64,000 nucleotides of DNA. Origin: Chiloscyllium plagiosum. Taxonomy: Eukaryota. This document shows, one piece after another, positions 26,695 through 40,330 of this stretch. Under the pieces are notes generated by a model that was given only the letters and a program-made list of their open reading frames with translations, was not told the DNA's origin and ran no database searches. The DNA is taken from the NCBI RefSeq assembly GCF_004010195.1, contig NC_057721.1, positions 44,153,761 to 44,217,760 on the forward strand. The letters are read 5' to 3'. Each line of letters opens with the position of its first letter. Positions within the stretch are counted from its first letter, which is position 1. A program made the translations under genes and the position numbers.

Positions 26695-27255
26695 TTGGTT
26701 AGGCCATTTTTGGAATACTGTGCAATTCTGGTCTCCCTGCTGTAGGAGGAATGTTTGAAACATGAAAGGTTCAGAAAATATTTACAAGAATGTTGCCAGG
26801 GTTCGGGGATTTGAGCTGAGAGAGAGGCTGAATAGACTAAGGCCATTTTCCCTAGAGAGTCAGAGGCTGAGGGGTGACCTTATAGAAGTTTATAAAATCA
26901 TAAGGGGGCATGGATAGGGTAAATAGGCAAAGTCTTTTCCCTGGGGTGGGGGAGTACAGAACTAGAGGACATCGGATTAAGATGAGAAGGGAAAGATTTA
27001 AAAGGGACTTAAGGGGCAACTTTTTCACACGGAGGGTGGTGCATTTATGGAATGAGCTGCCAGAGGAAGTGGTGGAGGCTGGTACAATTACAACATTTAA
27101 AAGGCATCTGGATGGGTATATGAATATGAAGGGTTTAGAGGGATATGGGCCAAGTGCTGGCAAATGGGATTAGATTAATTTAGGATATCTGGTCAGCGCG
27201 GACAAGTTGGACCGAAGGGTCTATTTCCATACTGTACATCTCTGTGACCCTATGA
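26695..27255 (+). mobile_element. CR1 LINE 3' fragment
   Basis: LVRPFLEYC, RTRGHRIKMRRERFKRDLRGNFFTRRVVHLWNELPEEVVEAG; (ctatgacc)-like tail. Confidence 0.9.
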
Positions 27256-27599
27256 CCCTAATTAAAATGGCATTAATTGAACAGTGAGAGAACTAACCAA
27301 GAGTATGATAACCTGATATTTTAATTCACTGATGCGTAGAACTAAGACAGTTACATGAAAGAACTGGATAAAAATTAATTTATACTAAAAGCATGAATGC
27401 AAAGATGAGAAGATCATTAATGTCATGCGTTCATAATTACAGTATCTTTGGTGTTCTTACATTATAAATCATGGGTGAGTTTATATAACAAAACTAGTAG
27501 TTAGCTATTGACTGATTTCCATGGTATATCACCTTGAAACTAAATGTTGCAAAGAAATACTGTGAAATTATTTTGACAGGCTGTCTTTTCCATTTTTAG

Positions 27600-28016
27600 C
27601 TTGTCTCTTGCAGCTTACTAAGCAAGTTACCACAATACATAGAAGGATCAATGACATCACTGAACTTGAATGTAAAATTTTAGCTCGAACTCAAAACGAT
27701 TCTCAATTCTCAGTCACATGGCTCTTCAGTAAGACACAAGGACCAAATGTGAAAGGGGAAAATCTTCTGGAGATTGATCGTAATAATATTGTCCAGTACT
27801 ATGGAGAATTGCTTACTAATTCTCAGAAGAAAATGAAATTTCAGGATGAGAAGTCCTCTAGTGATGTGTACAAGTTAATGATACTGAAAACTGATATGAA
27901 TGACAGTGGAAATTACTATTGCCATGTAACGGAGTGGCTTTTGGATCCCAACAACATCTGGTATAAAGTGGGAGAGAATACATCAGCAATGACAATTGTC
28001 AAAGTGCATACAGCAG
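27600..28016 (+). CDS. CD101: CD101-like exon encoding Ig-V domain 6
   Basis: catttttAG acceptor (27598-99, the in-frame one of the three nearby candidates), G|GTAAAC donor; 417 nt, phase 1-1. ELEC..SQFSVTW..DSGNYYCHVTEWLLDPNNIWYK. Confidence 0.87.
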
Positions 28017-28307
28017 GTAAACAAGTTTCCTACATTTCTCATAAAAATTACAGCACTGAAACAATCGACAATTTATTTATTGAATGCTATGAATTATGAC
28101 AGAGTTAGATAGATTCTTGTTTGGCAAGTGACTTAGAGGTCATCCGGTGGAATTTGAAATTCAACCAGATCAACCATGGCATTTTTGAATGATGGCACAG
28201 TTTGAAGGACTGAATCGTCTACTTCTGCTCCAATTTCGATATGTTCTTATTAAGCCTGCTTTTTAAAAAAAAAAATCCTGTCCTCTGTCTCTTTCACCAT
28301 TCCATAT

Positions 28308-28670
28308 GAGCAGCACGGTGACTCAGTGGTTAGCACTGCTGCCTCACAGCACCAGGGAATCTGGTTCGATTTCAGCCTCAGGCGACTGTCTGTGTGAAGT
28401 TTGCACATTCTCCCTTTGTCTGCGTGGGTTTCCTCCGGGTGCTCTGGTTTCTTCCCAAAGTTCAAAGATGTGCAGGTAGGGTGGATTGGTGATGCTAAAT
28501 TGCCCTGTAGTGTCCAGGGATATGTAAATCAGGTATGTTAGCCATGTGAAATGCATGGTTACAGGAATAGGATTGGGGAATGGGGCCTGGGCAGGATGCT
28601 GTTCGGAGAGTCGGTGTGGACTCATTGGGCTGAAACACATGTTTCCACATTAGAGGTGTTCTATGAATCC
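28308..28670 (+). mobile_element. HE1-like V-SINE, long-3' variant
   Basis: gcacggtgactcagtggttagcactgctgcctcacagc..tggttcgattt..gggtttcctccgggtgctc. Confidence 0.88.
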
Positions 28671-30987
28671 TAGATGGCTGCAGCACTTTCAAAATATTGA
28701 CGAAAAAGCAGGTCTGCCAATGGACTCGATTTAATACTCTCCCACCACTACCGCAGCTGATTTCAGGCACCAACAGGCCGAGGATAGTTGTATAGATGTT
28801 TATTTTTATTCAATCTGATTGGATATGTGATGACACACCTCTGGGGCAAGTGGAACTTGAACTCAACCTTTTTGGCCACTCTGGATAGCAGTACATGGCT
28901 TGTTCAAAGTCATATAATGAGTGCCTATCCCTCTTTCTTAGACTCCAATCGCTTGAGAGATGAGAAAATCAGATGAGTTCATGGCTTAAATGAAAAATTG
29001 TAATTTTATGTTTGGGCCCTTCCATCTCCTTTAAATTTAGGCTCACGTAGTGCTGTAGAATGGCACATTCCTGCTTGCTCACATAGCTCCTGTCAGTCTG
29101 AGCTGCATAAATAATAATCTCTGACTCTAGAAAGTGGAGCAGTGACTATGTAACATTAGAATGGCAGACAAGGGACTCACCCTGATTGTCCTGTGGTTTT
29201 TTATTAATCCAAGCTTAGATCCTTAAAAGATGAAAGTTTTGGAATAACTTAAAGAAAAAGGAAAATTATTTAATTGCTTTATTCTCAAAGTATACATCAG
29301 TAAACTCTTGCTGTTCATTAACTGTGTTATATCAAACATTGTAGACTATTTTCAAATGTGGGAAATGGAACTCTCTGATAAGTTAAGAGAAATAAAGACA
29401 AATCCTGCCAGTCTTATAGCAGTTGCAGAAAGAGACTTGGCGGAGGACAGAGGGGCTGGTGGGTGGTGGTGAATAACCAATTATAGTGTTTAAAGATTAA
29501 CTGGGTATTATAGAAGTGAAACAGGATTAGAAGTAACCAAATATTGTACATATGATTCAAAAGGGAGAGAAATCGGAGTCTGACAACTACAGTCCAAAAG
29601 ACTTATGTTGGTACCAAGTAAAATATTGACAATGATACTATAAAATTGGATATACACTGCACAATAATGTCCAATGAAATTGCAAATCTCTTATGTATTG
29701 TCTATTACAAGCTGACAAAGTGGTATTGGGTCATTTTCATGAACTGCTACAGCCTTGGCGGTGGTGGCTTCAATATAGTGCTACAAAGGGAATTTCTATG
29801 ACTTTGACACAGTGACAGTGAAAGGATAATATGTACATTCAAGTTAGTCCTGACATTATAACTTAGAAAGAGAAAGTTCTGTAATGAAAATCCTTTTAAA
29901 CCTCCTTGATGATGTTACAAATAAATGGTGAAACTTTTGCAATATCATTAATTTTGCTTTTTCAGAAGACCTTTAAAGTTTGACTTGGAGGAATACTTTA
30001 AATTAAACAAAATTCACGGGAGTCTAGGAGCAAATGTAACTTAAAGGAATTGAATGAAAAGGCCAGATTTAAATATGGGAAACATAGTCCGAGTGTGGGG
30101 GTAACAGGTGGAATCCGTGTTAATGACCCTATCATTGTTGTTGAAGTTTGACCCCTTGTTATGACATTAGTGGCCAGAATACAAAAGCACTTGTTCAAAG
30201 TTCAGGTGACATAAAAATATCGAACATTTCAAGAATGAAAGAAGAAGTGTTTCAATTTGGCAAGAGATTGCCCACACAATCTGTGGAGGAAATCTAATGC
30301 AGATAAAGGCAAATTAATTTACATTGTTTAAAAGGAATGAGAAGCATGTAACATAACAAAGGAAGTAGCACAGGGACATTGTGTAAAGGCTCTGTATCGT
30401 TTGTAGACTCAGCACTGTCCCTGTTGATACAATGTGGAAAAATACTAAAAAGAATGCACAAAAATATAGAATACACAGCAGAATAGTGGAATATTAATTT
30501 TCATTGGTTATGTTGAATGTTTTAATTCACTGTCCAGGTCTCAGAGGGAATATTAACTCTGAATTATAAGATTCCACCTACTAAGCTAAATCCGTTCTTC
30601 AAATTCTTTCACAGGCTGTGATTGGCTAGGGCAGCGTTTAGTGTTCATTCCTCATTGCCTTTGAGAATGTTGTTGTGATCCATCTTCTTGAATTGCTATA
30701 GTCCGAGTGATTTTGGCACATCCACAATGCTGTTAGCAAGAGGGTTCGAGGATTTTGACCCAGTGACTGGGAAGAGGCGGTGGTATATTTGGATGGGAAA
30801 TTGCTGGTTATGTTCCCATGTATCTGTTGTCCTTGTCTTTCTCAGTCAATAGAGGTTACAGAATTTCATTTCTAAAGTTCTGCCAAAGGAGCCTTGGTGA
30901 GTTGCAATAGTGCATCTTGTCATGCAGATCTAAGTTTACTATTTCCTACAATCGTTCTACACTCTTTAAACTTAATAGCATACTTTT

Positions 30988-31229
30988 ACAGAAGCCTGAA
31001 CACACTCATCAGCCGGTTTCGTAACAGTTTCTACCCTACTGTTGTTAGAATACTGAATGGACTCTCAAACTCTTAATGTTCGCCTGCACCTGTGTTTTAG
31101 TTTTTGCCACTGTTTACCTATTATTTACTATCTGTGCTACTTAACTATGTGAGCTGCCTGTATTGCTCACAAGACAAAGCTTTTCACTGTGCCTCGGTAC
31201 ATGTGACAATAACTTCAATTCAATTCAAT
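30988..31229 (+). mobile_element. Rex1/Babar-type LINE 3' end
   Basis: YRSLNTLISRFRNSFYPTVVRILNG C-terminus, 3'UTR aaagcttttcactgtgcctcggtacatgtgacaata, (ttcaa)3 tail. Confidence 0.7.
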
Positions 31230-31721
31230 ATTATAAACTGGTGTCACTGAATGTTTAAGGCAACAAATGGGGTGCCAGTCAAGTGGGCTGAATTGTCCTG
31301 GATTGTGTCAACTATTTGTGTTGTTGGAAAAGCCCTCATCTAGGCAAGTGGAGAATGCTCCAACTGTCTCCAGACTTGTGCTTTGTAGATGGTGGACAGG
31401 CATTAAGGAGGTACAACATGAAGAATTCTGTGGTGAATAGCCAGAATCTGACTTATTGTTGTAGCCATTGCATTATGCAGCTGGTCCAGTTCAGTTTCTG
31501 GTCAGTGGTAACCCCTAGGATGGTGGGGGATTCAGTGATAGTGATGCCATTGAATGTTATATGGGTGATGGTTCTTGTTGAACTCAACTGCCAGGCATTG
31601 TAAAGAATGAATGCACTTGCCACATATTAGCTCAATGTTGCTCAGGTCTAGCTGTATATGGACAACAGACTATTTTAGTACCTGAGGAGTGGTGAGTGGT
31701 GTTGAACATTGCTCAATCATC

Positions 31722-31844
31722 CTGAAGAAGGGCCTGTGCCCGAAACGTCGAATCTCCTGTTCCCTGGATGCTGCCTGACCTGCTGTGCTGTTCCAGCAAT
31801 AAAGTTTCAACTTTGATCTCCAGCATCTGCAGACTCACTTTCTC
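31722..31844 (+). mobile_element. PLE pLTR fragment (family B) starting exactly at an intact hammerhead core
   Basis: CTGAAGA-A-GGGC-CTGT-GCCC-GAAA-CGTC (31722-31749); 10-bp TSD ctcaatcatc (31712-21, 31845-54). Confidence 0.82.
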
Positions 31845-33189
31845 CTCAATCATCAGTGAACATTCCAAGTTGTGTCCTCCAACAATTATAACTACCTTTT
31901 TACTGATCTAGGTATGACTCCAACCAGCAAAGTGTATTCTGTTGCACCCGCCCCGCTCTGCCCCACCAGCTCCTATTGATCCTAATTTTTCTGGGGTCCT
32001 TGATGCCATACTCAGTTAAATGTGGCCTTGATATTAAGAGAAGTCATTCTCACCTCTCCTTGAGGGTTCAGCTCTTTAGTCCATGTTTTCATCAATGCTG
32101 CAATGAGACCAGGAGCTGAATGACCCTGATGGACACCAAGCTGAGTGTTAAGTTATTACTCAGCAAGAGCGAATTGAAGCTCTGTTGATGACTCGTTCCA
32201 TCACTTAATTGATGATTGTACAGAATGATGGACAGTCATTGGCCCACCTCAACACTGGTTAGTAGGATCAGAAAATCTTACATGGCTGTTTTGATGTGTG
32301 AGCATTTTTGAACAAACAATTTCAAATGGCAGAGGAAGCTTAATGGCAGAAATTCTCAACTTGATTAGCATTAAATATTTATTTAAATTTGATCCACAAA
32401 AAAGCAAACCACATGATTCATCCCTACTTGCATTGCAAGGGTAGTAGTGAAACCATTTGAGTCATTGGGAACAATGCAATGATGTTGTAGCTCTGATGAT
32501 ATTACATGAGGATTATGTAGTGATAACGAGGGGATGAGATATGTGTCCGGGTCAGCGTGTGTGACTTGAAGGGAAATTTGTTGATGATTGTGTGGCTATG
32601 TCATTGCTGCACTTGCTTAGAGCAGTGCTCGTAGAGCTGTAAAAATGATGAAATTTCTTATCTATATGCATCTAGATATGGAGGATCTTCTTCAGGCTGT
32701 TCATACCTTTGCATTTGCAGGAAAATTGAACATTCAGCCTCAATAGGTCTTTCCTCCTCTTGAAACACATTTTACAGCAGGCTGTTCAATGTTTAGTTTA
32801 GTCTATGTTGGTAGTTTAGTCTATATGTTGGTAGTTTAGTTGGTAGTTGGTAGTTTAGTAGACAGATAGTTTAGTCTATCTGTCACATAAATTGTACTCC
32901 TAATGTCATGTGCCCATATTCAACAGAAACTAACTCTCTAGTAAGATTAAGATGGAATTCTAGAATCTGTATTGTGCTTGTGATCTTTAAATGTTAGTGA
33001 ACTCACTAGACTAATGATGGTTAATGAAGGCCTGTATCAAATTGAAAGATCAAACAGAAATCCTGTGATTGTGGTAATATTTTAAAGCACAAAAAATAAA
33101 CCTGTTCAGACTGAAAGCTAGTGTCAGCTCTGCATTGTTCAGAGATAAAACTGATATACAAAATATCCAACAAAAGACAAAGACTGATT

Positions 33190-34425
33190 ATAGCTTTGTA
33201 TGTGGGAAATCATGTCTCTCTGACTTGACTGAAATTTCTAAAGAAGTAATGAACAGGATTGATGAGGATAGAGTGGTGGATGTGATTTATATGGACTTCA
33301 GTAAGGCTTTCAATGGGGTTCCTCATGGTAGGCCGGTGATCACACAGAATACAGGGAGAATTAGATACAGAGATGGCTTGAAGATGGAAGACAGAGTGTA
33401 TTGGTGGAGGGGTGCTTTTTAGATTGGAGGCCTGTGATCAGTGGTGTGCCACAAGGATCGGTTTTAGGTCCACTGCTTTTTGTCATCTACATAAATGATT
33501 TAGATGTGAACATAGGAGGTATAGTTAGTAGGTTTGCAGATGACTCCAAAATAAGAGGTGTATTGGACAGAGAAGATTACCTCCGATTACAACAGATCTT
33601 GATCAGATAGGCCTTTGGGCTGAGGAGTGGCAGATGGAGTTTAATTTAGATAAATGTGAGGTTGTGCAGTTTGGAAAGGAAAATCAGGGCAGGATTTATA
33701 TACTTAATGGTAAGGTCCTGGGGAGTGTTGCTGAATAAAGAGATCTTGGAGTGCAAGTTTATAGTTCCTTGCAAGTGGATTCATAGGTAAATAGGATAGT
33801 GAAGAAGGTATTTAGAATGCCTGCCTTTATTGGTCAAAACATTGAATATTGAAGTTCGGAGGTCATGTTGTGGCTATATAGGACATTGGTTAGGTCAGTT
33901 TTGGAGTACAATGTGCCACTCTGGCCTCCCTCCTATAGGAAACTTGAAAGGGTTCAAGAAAGGTTTCAAAGGATATTGCCAGGATTGGAGGGTTTGAGGT
34001 ATAAGGAGAGGCTGAATAGGCTGGAGCTGTTTTTCTCTAGAGCATCAGATGCTGAGGGGTGACCTTACAGAGATTTATAAAATCATGAGGGGAATGGATA
34101 GGGTATATAGGCAAAGTCTTTTCCCCTGAGTTGCGTGTCCAAAACTAGAGGGCATAGGTTTAAGGTGAGAGTGGAAAGATATAAAGGGGACCTAAAGGGC
34201 AACCTTTTTCACACAGAGGGTGTTGTGTGTATGGGCTGAGCTGTCAGAGGAAATGGTTGAAGCTGGTACTATTACAACATTTAAAAGGCATCTGGATACA
34301 TATATGAATAGGAAGGGTTTAGAGAGATATGGGCCAAATGCTGGCAAATAGGACTAGATTAATTTAGGATATCTGGTTGGCATGGATGAGTTGGACTGAA
34401 AGGTCTGTATATCTCTAGACTATAA
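33190..34425 (+). mobile_element. CR1 LINE 3' ~1.2 kb, decayed
   Basis: [53 protein letters not shown]. Confidence 0.9.
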
Positions 34426-34676
34426 CTGGCGAATGTACAACACTGTCAACAACTGTGGTGTCTTTCATATCTTGACTAAAGTCAAATGGTAAAGTAAAAC
34501 ATGTGCAGTGTTAGCTTGATCAACAGATCTTCAAGATAGAATTTGTAATTAAGCCTTGAAGAAAACAATATTATAGTTTATTGGGCACATTCTCTGTCAA
34601 TTCACCGCCAACATGGACTGTGATTTTTCTCATGTCCAAGCAAATTTCATGTTTTTTTCTCGTATTATTTCTGCAG

Positions 34677-35093
34677 ATGTAAACCTACAACTCAGTAACA
34701 ATAACGTAACTCTATTAGGCAATGAGAATGCTGCTGTTGAACTTGAATGCCAGATCATCAACCAGACACAGAGACTATCACAATTTTCAGTCACATGGTA
34801 TTTCCAGAATGCTGACAATCCAAACACCAAGGAGACAGCACTTCTCAAAACTGATCAAAATAATATCCTGCAATACTTTGGAGACCTGCAGATAGATCCT
34901 CAGAAAATGATGAAATTCCAAAATATCAAGACCTCCAGTAACACCTACAAGTTGATAATACAGAAGGTAGTGCAGAGTGACAGTGGTGTTTACTTCTGTG
35001 ATGTGGAAGAATGGGTGTCTGCCCCCCAGAATGAATGGGTTATACAAGGACATGCTCGCTCTGGATCAACAGTTCTTCAAGTTCAGATACCAG
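34677..35093 (+). CDS. CD101: CD101-like exon encoding Ig-V domain 7
   Basis: tttctgcAG acceptor, G|GTAATA donor; 417 nt, phase 1-1. ELEC..SQFSVTW..DSGVYFCDVEEW. Confidence 0.88.
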
Positions 35094-35298
35094 GTAATAT
35101 ATATATATAAAACTATTTCACCAGAAACCAACTTGTTCAATTAGGCTGTTTCTGAATCAGGCTGCATGGAAATGATGCAAGTTATGTTAATGTTAGAATG
35201 GGATTTTCGGTTAATTGTATGTGAAATATTGACCGTTTTCTTTCTTTTCACTGACATTTGAATCAAACACAACCTTCAGAAAGATGAGTTACTTCTGG

Positions 35299-35301
<3 letters not shown>

Positions 35302-35331
<30 letters not shown>
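35302..35331. repeat. (TG)n microsatellite
   Basis: About 15 TG units, ~210 bp downstream of the Ig7 exon. Confidence 0.95.
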
Positions 35332-35332
<1 letters not shown>

Positions 35333-37815
35333 CTAGTATCTTTATATCTCTATAATTCAAGTTGACAGCTGGTATGTAGAGAGGAAGTGAAGGTTTTCGT
35401 TCTGATACTTGACAAGTAAACTGCAGTAAATGCCAATATAATCCGGTCAGAATGCAAATTGGTGGTAGTAAATTGCCCCAGTAATTGCCAGTGTTATATA
35501 CATTGAGGAACTTAGAAGAAAACTGCCTTTCATCTCAGGGATTTAGGTGCTAATTTTGCCCAACTTCTGAAGATTTAAAATTCCCCTGTCCCCTGCTTAT
35601 AAGGGCCGTACATTAAGTCATTCAGGCAAGCTCAGTTCAGTTCTTAGTGTCTGCATGCTCAAAGTGCACAACTTCTCACGCATACAAACATACAAATTAG
35701 AAACACAAGTAGGGCATTTGGCACTTTGAGCTTGCACTGCCATTTGATAAGATTGTTCTCTTAACTCTACTTTCCTTCCTATACCTTAATTTGTGGCTAA
35801 TTGACTTTAACTCCGTAATCTTGCTCTGACAACAGAAATTGAGTGTTATACTATGTTGTTTTAGTTCTGAGGTCAAACTAAAATCAATTTGGAAAACAGA
35901 ATAAGGTGTGGTACATACTCCATCTGACTGTAATGTACCTGAATTGAAAGTGAAACCCAGGTTTTAAATTGAGTTTGGATACATGATTTGGACTGTGATT
36001 TGAAATTTTATCTGTTGCCTCAGAAACCTGATTATTTGAACTCCCGAGTCTCATTTAAATCTCACTGGCCAACTTACGACCAATAATTGTCAGGGAGCCA
36101 ATGGGAAACACAGAAAATCAAGCATCTCCTGCCCAACACAAGGTAGCTGCTATTACCTGGATTTGGCCTTGTGGACTGTGCAACAGGAAATCACATGGTT
36201 GGAAAGTGGGGGAGGGTATTGGTGTTGGGAGAGCTGCCCATGTAAGTGAGAGGCCTAAACGTTCCCTGTGGGCTCATAGCCACAAAGGGAAGAAAAAAAA
36301 TCTTAGCTGTTCTGTTAGTCACAACTCTTCCTCCCCCATACCTTCTCTGATGAGAAAGCTGCAGTAGCTACCTTCTTTAGCACCTCACAGTTTTCTGAAA
36401 GATAAATGAAATGTTTTTTTCTGTTAATCTGCCTGTTATTTTTTGGTCAATTAATGTTAAAATTACTCGTGGAAACTTCAGTCCAACAAGTTCACAATTG
36501 AGATTGGCTTTCAGTTGGCAGTCTGTTTTGAAAGGTGCAGGCTTCCTGGGTTTTGTCAGTCACACCAGCTTCGGTTGACGTTTTATGACATGATGGTGGC
36601 TCAGAGGATTTAGGTCTCTAGGATGTAGTTCCCTAAAATGTGTGCATTTTCCTTTTCCTTTTCCTTTACTCACTATCTTTCATTGGAAAAATGCAAATAA
36701 ATATGCTGGCAGAGCAATCAGCATTGTCATCAGAAAAATGTATTTTCATAACAAAAAATGAAGGACATGCACGATGTCTCCTTTATAATTGATACTTGTT
36801 ATTAAGTACATTTGATTAGAGAGAGATATTGAGGTCGGAATCTTGAGATGAGAGGTAGAACCACCTATCAGACAAAAATGAACATTCTCTCACACTTTCT
36901 CTCAAACACCAGCACATTGCTATTAAAGTCTGTTCAGGTAAAGGGCAGGATTCAAATTTGGGGAATCTCTGAATCCTATAGGAATGTAAGAGACATTGAA
37001 AGGAAATAAAGATTATGCATTAAAAGAAACTTATTTTCAGGGTCAATCACAGCAAGAACAACAATATAAATTGTGAGCACCGATGGCAAGGTTAACACTT
37101 TTTAACCCATCTTTATTGTCCTTGAAAAGCTGAAACAAGTCTGTACCCCAAATAATAACAATGTCTAACTTCAGAAGCATTTAATTGGTTGTTCAATGTG
37201 TTCTGAAGTCCTGAAATGATGCAGAATGCAATAAAAATACAAATTATTACTTTGTTGGTGTTAAAGTCATTAATCTTAACTCAAGTTCCATGAATGCCAC
37301 AGCACTTTCTTCAACAGTTTTACTCGTTAATGCAATAATTAAGATACTGATTAAATAACTGCTATTTTTGCATAACAGTTATGAATTGAAAAAAATAGCC
37401 TTTAAATAATTTTACCAAAATCATAAACTTTTCAAATGAATGCAAAATAACAAGTGAATATTTTCTTTATTTACATCCGGAGTTGATTGTCATTCCATTG
37501 GAGCATAGCCATATTCCTTACTCTTCCCGTTCCCAGTGGTGCATAAGGCCAACAAAGCACATAGTTACTTACACTTGCCCTGGCTGGAACTTTCAGGAAA
37601 AGGCCAGTGGCCTGCTATCAGAAGCTATGTCTTGAGGAGCACCAGCATTTAGCTGAGCAAGAGATTGTCCTGCTCTTATTGCCTGCCTTAATCGTATTAA
37701 CTTAATAACTTACAGGTTGACCGCTAGGCTATCAAGTCCTGAAATGGAGCTTGAACCTGGGTTCCTGGCCCAGAGGCAGAGCTGCTACCTATTGCACAAC
37801 AGGGTCTCAATAATG

Positions 37816-38125
37816 GGGAGGCACGGTGGCTCAGTGGTTAGCACTGTTGCTTCACAGCAACAGGGTCTTGGGTTCGATCCCAGCCTTTGGTGTCTGTCTG
37901 TGTGGAGTTTGCACATTCTCCCCATGTTTGTGTGGGTTTCCTCCAGTTTCCTCCCACAGTCCAAAGATGTGCAGGTGAGGTGAATTACCCATGCTAAATT
38001 GCCGATAATGCTAGGTGCATTAGTCACAGGGAAATGGGTCTGGGTGGGTTACTCTTCGGAGGGTCAGTCTGGACTGGTTGGCCGAAGGGCCTCTTTCCAC
38101 ATTGTAGGGATTCTAATCTCATCTA
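37816..38125 (+). mobile_element. HE1-like V-SINE, full length
   Basis: gcacggtggctcagtggttagcac..gggttcgatccc..gtgtggagtttgcacattctcccc. Confidence 0.88.
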
Positions 38126-39979
38126 AAGAAACATGAACCTAAGCTAGTCTGTTATTCTCATTGGCTTTTGTTTCATGATTTGAGTAGCTGCCGTAATATT
38201 ATCTAGAGTGAACAAAATGATTCAGAGTTTTTATTACATGCTATATGTCATTACTAGAGCACTCACACTTAGTTTTAATTATATCTCTGTCCCGACTTTA
38301 GTAAAAATATAATTCAATGAGACACAATGGAATATCAAAAACCATAAAGTTATAGTTTTTAGGGTAGCAGTATTTGAATGGTACATTTACTATACATTTC
38401 AGCTAAAGTGAAAGGATGTAGCAATTTAGTACCTATCTGCTGTATTAAATCAGGATGATGGAGTTTTATCATTCAATGGCTGGATTTTACATTGTGGTGA
38501 GAACAGTGAAGATGAAATTTCCCTCCTGGTGCAGTTGAGAATGTTGTGGTCTTTTATTATTTTGACACATTTCAGTATTTATACGTGGCTTTCCTTGCAG
38601 CTTTGACCTTAGCAAACCCAATGGAACAAAGGAAAATTCTAGCAGCAAATCTACATTAAAGAAAAATGCATACTTATAGCTGATGGCATACATAATGACA
38701 TAGTACTGTGATAGCTGGACTCAGGTTATGTTATTTGACTGATGTGGTTTAGCAGCAGAGATGATGAGTAATCCTGAGAAACATTCTCTTTGTGCTTACT
38801 TGCTCCTGCAGTGGTATTGCTGCTGGCACTCTCTCAGCATGTCAGGCCATTTACTTGGGATTGGACTACACAGCTGCTATGAGCTGGTGCTAACTCTGCA
38901 TCAAAGCTTGACTTCAATGAGTCACCAGCATGACCAATCCCTGAAGGTCACACTAATGGAGCGCTGACTATTATTATGACACCCTTGAAGGAGTCCACAG
39001 CAACACTTAGGATCACTGTAAATGACAACCCAGATACCCTAGAGGTAGCATATACTCCAGACTCAAGATACAAACCATCCAGTAAATTGTGTGTTGTTCT
39101 TTTTACAGTCTCAAAAGATAAAAGCCTTGGATTTTACTAGCATTCTTAGGTTGACTTTGAGTTAAGAGGCTCTTAAAATAGCATGGGAAGGTGGAGGTTT
39201 ATATTTCCATCATCTTCCTAATGTCTTTTTGACAGTATGTAGAGTCATCTGATTGTCCTCCTCCCACCCAAAAGGGCAAAAGGGAATTGAGCCACTTAAG
39301 TGGATATTCAGTGGTCTCTTCTCACCACTGCTTCAATTTTACCAGATGTGGGTGGGCCTCTGCATCATGGGGAACCTGCACCAGATGCATCTTGGAGGAG
39401 TGCATAGGACAAGAGGCTATGACCTAATTGGATGCTGTTGCCTCATTGATGACCCCCGTCAGACTACATTCACCCTCACCTTAGAAACAATAGTTATATC
39501 CATTACGTCAGTCCAACCAATCTCACTCCCTCACCAGGGCCTACCTGACTGGTCTCTGTGCTCCAGACTCCACTTATCTGATTAGACAACAATATCCTTC
39601 AATGGCATCCTCTTCTTCCAGTACTGAGACAGAAGGACTGAGTTCTGGCAGCTGACAAGGTGCAGCCCTCAGTCCCACACACTACTGCAGCTTGCAGGTT
39701 GCTTACTGCTTCAGGCCTATCAGCAGGAGTGCTGTAGTGAGGCTATGCCCAACCCAACCTTGCTCATGTTAACACAGAGAGTTTGGTGATCAGCAAGAAT
39801 GCTACAGCCTGAGCAAGGAAGAGCAAAAATAAGGAAGAACTAGAAATGAATGCCTTGTAGATTCTAATGATAGATCCACATATTAATAATTTTCCTGGCA
39901 CTGCCTACATTTACAGTCTGACTAATAGATCAGAGTCACAAACAAGGGGCAAGAGGACACAGCTGGGGACCTGTGGAAG

Positions 39980-40330
39980 TGGCTTGGTGGCTCAGAGTGG
40001 TTGGCACTGCTGCCTCACAGCACCAGGGACCCGGATTCAATTCCAGCCTCAGGCGACTGTGTCTGTGTGTAGTTTGCACTTTATTCTGGTCTGGTTTTCT
40101 CAGGGTACTCTAGTTTCCTCCCATGATCCAAAGATGCACAAGTTAGGTGGATTAGCCATGTTAAATTCCCCATCGTGTTCAGGAATGTGTAGGTTAGGTG
40201 TATTAGCCACAGGAAATCCAGGGTTATAAGGTAAGGGGATGGATCTGAGTGGTTATGCTCTTTGGAGAGTCACTGTGGACTTGTTGGGCTGAATGGCCTT
40301 TTTCCATACTCTGGGGATTCTATGATTCTT
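39980..40330 (+). mobile_element. HE1-like V-SINE, long-3' variant
   Basis: ggtggctcagagtggttggcactgctgcctcacagcaccagggacccggattcaattcc..; attctatgattc tail. Confidence 0.85.

Larger units (their letters stand above)
30600..32240 (-). mobile_element. old L2/CR1-superclade LINE fragment interrupted by younger insertions
   Basis: Similar to 19500-20025 (ttgtcctggattgtgtcaa..ctaggcaagtggagaatgctcc..tgtagatggtggacagg). Confidence 0.6.

Noticed and set aside
26695-34425. Same-family, same-orientation CR1 3' ends just upstream of both Ig6 and Ig7, suggesting co-duplication with the exon
   Set aside because: The CR1 copies are far more similar to each other, and to copies at 54880 and 59950, than the exons are. 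The CR1-to-exon spacers do not align. They are independent later insertions.
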